Shown: in pieces, positions 60,358 to 64,000 of the stretch | How positions within the stretch are numbered: the first letter of the stretch is position 1 | Layout: each line of letters starts with the position of its first letter | DNA from: Bigelowiella natans CCMP2755 | Lineage: Eukaryota; Protista; Cercozoa | Length of the DNA stretch: 64,000 nucleotides | Assembly (NCBI GenBank): GCA_000320545.1 | Contig: ADNK01000546.1 | Coordinates: 1 to 64,000 of the forward strand | Direction of reading: 5' to 3' | Notes under the pieces: model-generated | The model's database searches: none | What the model was told of the DNA's origin: nothing | The model's input: only the letters and a program-made list of their open reading frames with translations | Made by a program: the position numbers and the translations under genes

Positions 60358-61578
60358 CTCTCCTTGCGCTTGAGCTAGTGGTTTGCCCATCATCGAAGAA
60401 ATATCCTGGGCGATCTCCTCCTTACGTTGCTGATAAAGGTGTGTGGACGACGTTTTACGTCATATATTCGGAAGGGGGGAAGGAGGAGGAGGAGGAGGAG
60501 GAGGAGGAGGAGGAGGAGGAGGAGGAAACACTCCCATAAAGAGCTTACCTTGAAATTTTCCATGAACTTTTGCACAACATCGATACCTGTGTGGAGGAGA
60601 AATTACGAGAGCGCAAGATGGTGAAAGGGTTGTGGTTGCGATTTTATGTCCTCAATTGCATACATGTCATGTTACATAGTATGATATTATGATATCGAAG
60701 GAATTTCGCCTCTCCTGTCAATTTTATCCTCCCTGATGCACCGAGGTCGCATTCATATACATATACGATGTTTCTGCACATGCATAGCGATCTCGCTACA
60801 CTAACTTATAGAATCCCAACAAATGATATAGCTCCGTACAATTTATGTGAATATGCAGCGGTTCTACGTGTTCATCATCATCGTCATCATCATTATCTTC
60901 TTCTTCATCATCCTATGATACACGCATTACGATGGTCAAGGCTTGTCTTTGCCCACTCCTCCTGGATCTTTAGACACATCAATTCACCCGTAAGAAACAC
61001 TAACGCGACCACTGGATACACAATCTTACACATGCAGGTATATGAATCAATACATATATCAATACTTACGCGCGTACACATGCGTATGCACATCAAAATA
61101 CAGAGACACCAATGCATGGTTGTATATCTTATTATACGAAAAATTCTTCCAGCTGTGCACACCTTCGAACCTTCGTCAACCATTGCTAGCCCCGTCTGGC
61201 CAGTAGAATAATAATACACAACAATTTCGTCAGAGAATGCTGTCGCTGGTATGCCCCCAGCCCCCACCATTTGCATCTATGCTACTTCAATGAAGTACGC
61301 CAAGCCTTCCATGGAAGCCATTACCTTTTGGTCCACCGTAGAGATGCTGCAGTGGATCTCCGACGTATACGGATTATCCACGTTGATCACAGAAGAGGAG
61401 GAAGAAAATCGCTTCAGCTGAAAAGATGTTCCAACCTGCAGCATTACACTTCAACGGACGTTTTCATCGAGAAAATGACTATCGCATGATCTGCTAAATT
61501 TGTTAAAATTATTCCGGAACTTACTGGCAACTTTTGGGCAGCACGCCGCGAGCATTTCGAGGCCGTGATCGCTAACAT
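55186..61578 (-). CDS. Aldehyde dehydrogenase, highly intron-fragmented, with probable mitochondrial transit peptide
   Basis: MLAITASKCSRRAAQKLP|VGTSFQLKRFSS, REPVGVVLVLAPWNYPLLT, FTGS, LELGGKD, GQSCCGIER, ESFGPV, GTVFMNRCDYLDPMLPWTGVKDTGKGVSLS. Confidence 0.9.
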
Positions 61579-62400
61579 AACGATCGGGGAGGCCTACGAG
61601 GTACAAATACAAGCAAGTGTTTTTCAGCCACGCTCCACTAGATCAGTTAATTGTCAGAAAGGCAGGGGCGGGTGGCACGTGGCAGTCAACTTGCGTTTGA
61701 GGATACCTTTGGAGTTATTCTCCGATTACACTGTTTAAACTGTAAGGGCAGTATGGGATTGTCGCACACAATAAAACCCCTACAGTTGTGGTAAAATTAT
61801 CTGTCCTTCGATATTTCAGAACCTGCCCTTGATTCTACAATGACGACAAGGATTCCAACATTTTGGGAAAAATGTAGTCTATTTTCAAGTTCAATGTTGC
61901 TCGCCAGATCCACTGAAATTGCACTCAGGAAGTCGCAGTCGCATTATTGCCGCTTGTCATACCGTTTCAGAACTTCACAACAGCTCACAGGACACTGATC
62001 CAGAAATCATCATCACTTCGGTGAGGTAATGAATAGTAAATATGGATGAGCTATCTTCACTGCTACTTGATAACTTCCGTTGACCATGACATCGTTCTCA
62101 GCCTAGTGGCGACCTTAGCTGTGACAGCTATCTCTGCCACTCAACGCACAATCCAGGGATCGACTGGAAGATTAAGGTAGATATTTTCGAATAGAAGAGG
62201 CCAGGGAGAGGCGGGGTTCAGAAATAACCGGGAGATTTCTGTCTTTTGAAAGCATGGTAGAAGGGATTTGATTCCATTCCAAAATGATATAGCGCAACAT
62301 ATTTTTTTGTACAGGACCAACAAAAGTACGTCTTCGGACGATTCAAACTTATACTTCTGATATATCACCGGCTCACATGTTGCCGAACCTTCCCGTCTCT

Positions 62401-64000
62401 ATGAGCTCCTTACTCACTCCAACTGTGCTGCTCTTTGCTTCTCTACTAAACCAAACTTCCGGTGCAATTTCTCAGAGCGAACAAGCAGCTCTTCGGAAGT
62501 TTTATTTGGCACTGGGAGGGGATGGTTGGTACGATAATAGTGGCTGGACGGGTTTGTTTAACACATCAGAATACAAAGACCCGTGCCAGTTTCATTCGAG
62601 TTGGGGGGTGGGGATAAATAGCTGCAATGCAGACAATACAAGCATCACAGGGCTCTCAGTGACCAAGCCGAACAACCTAAGCGGGACAATTCCCACGGAG
62701 ACCATTATTGGACTACCCAATTTAACAAATTTTGCAATAAACAGTCAACCACAAGTAAGCGGTTCAATCCCGGAAGCCCTAATCTGCGGCACCCAAGCAG
62801 CAGAGTCGATGGAATATATCTCACTTGACCTAAATTCTCTATCCGGATACCTGCCATCCCAGACGTGCTTCGCCAGCCGCTCAAGCGATGCGCAGCTGGG
62901 TTTCTTTTCCGCCGACGACAACCAAATATCGGGGATGATCCCAGAGGGTCTAGTGTGTGGTAACCCGGCCACGGATCGGATAGAGGTGATACGTGTTGAT
63001 AGAAATCTTCTATCAGGAACCCTGCCTTCCGATAAGTGTCTTAGCAATCGATCAAGTGATGCGGTCCTAGACTGGTTCTCCGCGGTTAATAATCGCATAT
63101 CGGGGACGTTTCCGGAAGGAATAATGTGCGGCAACCTGGCCGCAGAAAGGATGCAGCGCCTCGAGCTTTCAGATAACGCCCTGTCAGGGACCTTCCCTTC
63201 CGAGACGTGCCTCGCCAGTCGGTCAGGCGGTCCAGGCATAAATGCTCTTTACGCCCAAAATAACCAGATATCGGGAACCTTTCCAGTGGGGCTCGTGTGC
63301 GGCAACCCAGTCACGGAAAATATGTTGGACCTCTTTCTTCATACCAACGCTCTCTCAGGGACCCTACCATCTGAGAGATGCCTTGCCAAGCGGTCAAATG
63401 CCGCGAAATTGCGTATCTTACGCGCCAACAATAACACGATAACAGGGACGATCCCGGAGGGGCTATTGTGCGGCAACCTGGCCGCAGAAAGGATGCTGGA
63501 CCTCTCCCTTCACAACAACGCCCTGTCAGGAACCCTGCCAACCGAGACTTGCCTCGCCCAACGGTCAAACGATTCGGTCCTTACGAGGTTCGCCGTACAA
63601 GATAACAAGATATCGGGGACGATCCCGGAAGGGTTGGTGTGTGGCAGCCCAGTTGCAGATCGGATGGATCGTCTAGACCTTAGTGCCAACGCCCTATCAG
63701 GGACCCTGCCATCTGAGGTGTGCCTTGTCAGCCGATCAACCAACGCAGCTCTGCGCGTTTTTCGCGTCTCCGAGAACCAAATATCGGGGACGATCCCAGA
63801 GGGGTTAGTATGCGGTAACCTGGCTGCAGATCGGATGGAGGAGCTCCGTGTTCATTCCAATGCCCTCTCAGGAACACTACCGTCCGAGGCGTGTCTCGCC
63901 AATCGGTCGAGCGATGCGGCCCTGAGTTATCTCCGCACCCAAGAGAACCGGATATCGGGAACGATCCCAACATCTCTCATTTGTGGGTCACGGAACCCTT
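62401..64000 (+). CDS. Secreted or surface LRR protein (signal peptide, LRRNT cap, alternating 28/29-aa LRRs), 3' truncated, intronless here
   Basis: Open frame from ATG 62401 to the window end, absent from the ORF track because it has no stop: MSSLLTPTVLLFASLL...SEQAALRKFYLALGGDGW...DPC...NNLSGTIP, then N.ISGtIPEGLvCG / NaLSGTLPSE.CL repeats with a 171-bp period. Confidence 0.92.
   Translation, partial: MSSLLTPTVLLFASLLNQTSGAISQSEQAALRKFYLALGGDGWYDNSGWTGLFNTSEYKDPCQFHSSWGVGINSCNADNTSITGLSVTKPNNLSGTIPTETIIGLPNLTNFAINSQPQVSGSIPEALICGTQAAESMEYISLDLNSLSGYLPSQTCFASRSSDAQLGFFSADDNQISGMIPEGLVCGNPATDRIEVIRVDRNLLSGTLPSDKCLSNRSSDAVLDWFSAVNNRISGTFPEGIMCGNLAAERMQRLELSDNALSGTFPSETCLASRSGGPGINALYAQNNQISGTFPVGLVCGNPVTENMLDLFLHTNALSGTLPSERCLAKRSNAAKLRILRANNNTITGTIPEGLLCGNLAAERMLDLSLHNNALSGTLPTETCLAQRSNDSVLTRFAVQDNKISGTIPEGLVCGSPVADRMDRLDLSANALSGTLPSEVCLVSRSTNAALRVFRVSENQISGTIPEGLVCGNLAADRMEELRVHSNALSGTLPSEACLANRSSDAALSYLRTQENRISGTIPTSLICGSRNP

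Noticed and set aside
62745-63973. Minus-strand repetitive ORFs
   Set aside because: They are antisense to the LRR gene.
62860-64000. Regular repeats as a CRISPR-like array
   Set aside because: The 171-bp period is a multiple of 3, the frame is open and it encodes LRRs; the context is eukaryotic with no cas genes.

Overview
Eukaryotic nuclear DNA from an intron-dense, microsatellite-rich protist. A chlorarachniophyte-like rhizarian is my guess from the style of the sequence; the sequence does not prove it. Most ORF-track entries are shadows of simple repeats, and the real genes had to be assembled by hand across GT-AG introns. In order, the window holds: the 3' part of a Nopp140/SRP40-like gene with giant poly-Asp exons; an extended NAA80-like GNAT; iodotyrosine deiodinase; eIF4E; a nucleoredoxin immediately followed by ribonucleotide reductase R2; a DUF4604/KIAA1143-like gene; an SH3 + cyclin-Y gene; a small membrane protein; an IKS1-like kinase; a kinesin-4 with p25alpha-like tail repeats; a young Ty3/Gypsy LTR retrotransposon (three LTR copies, AGCT target-site duplication); a tandem PC4-domain gene; a Cys/His-rich membrane protein; a mitochondrial-type ALDH; and the start of an intronless secreted LRR protein. 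Two signals stand out. (i) The Gypsy element ends, where a chromodomain usually sits, in a degenerate domain resembling the Dam-like adenine methyltransferase of DIRS elements. (ii) Eight intergenic islands rich in CTAG/AGCT/CATG/TGCA, several also poor in TpA outside CTA/TAG, lie only downstream of gene 3' ends and never at divergent promoters, and the retrotransposon sits at an AGCT on the edge of one. Together they suggest, as inference only, a DNA-modification footprint at termination zones that a retroelement may exploit.
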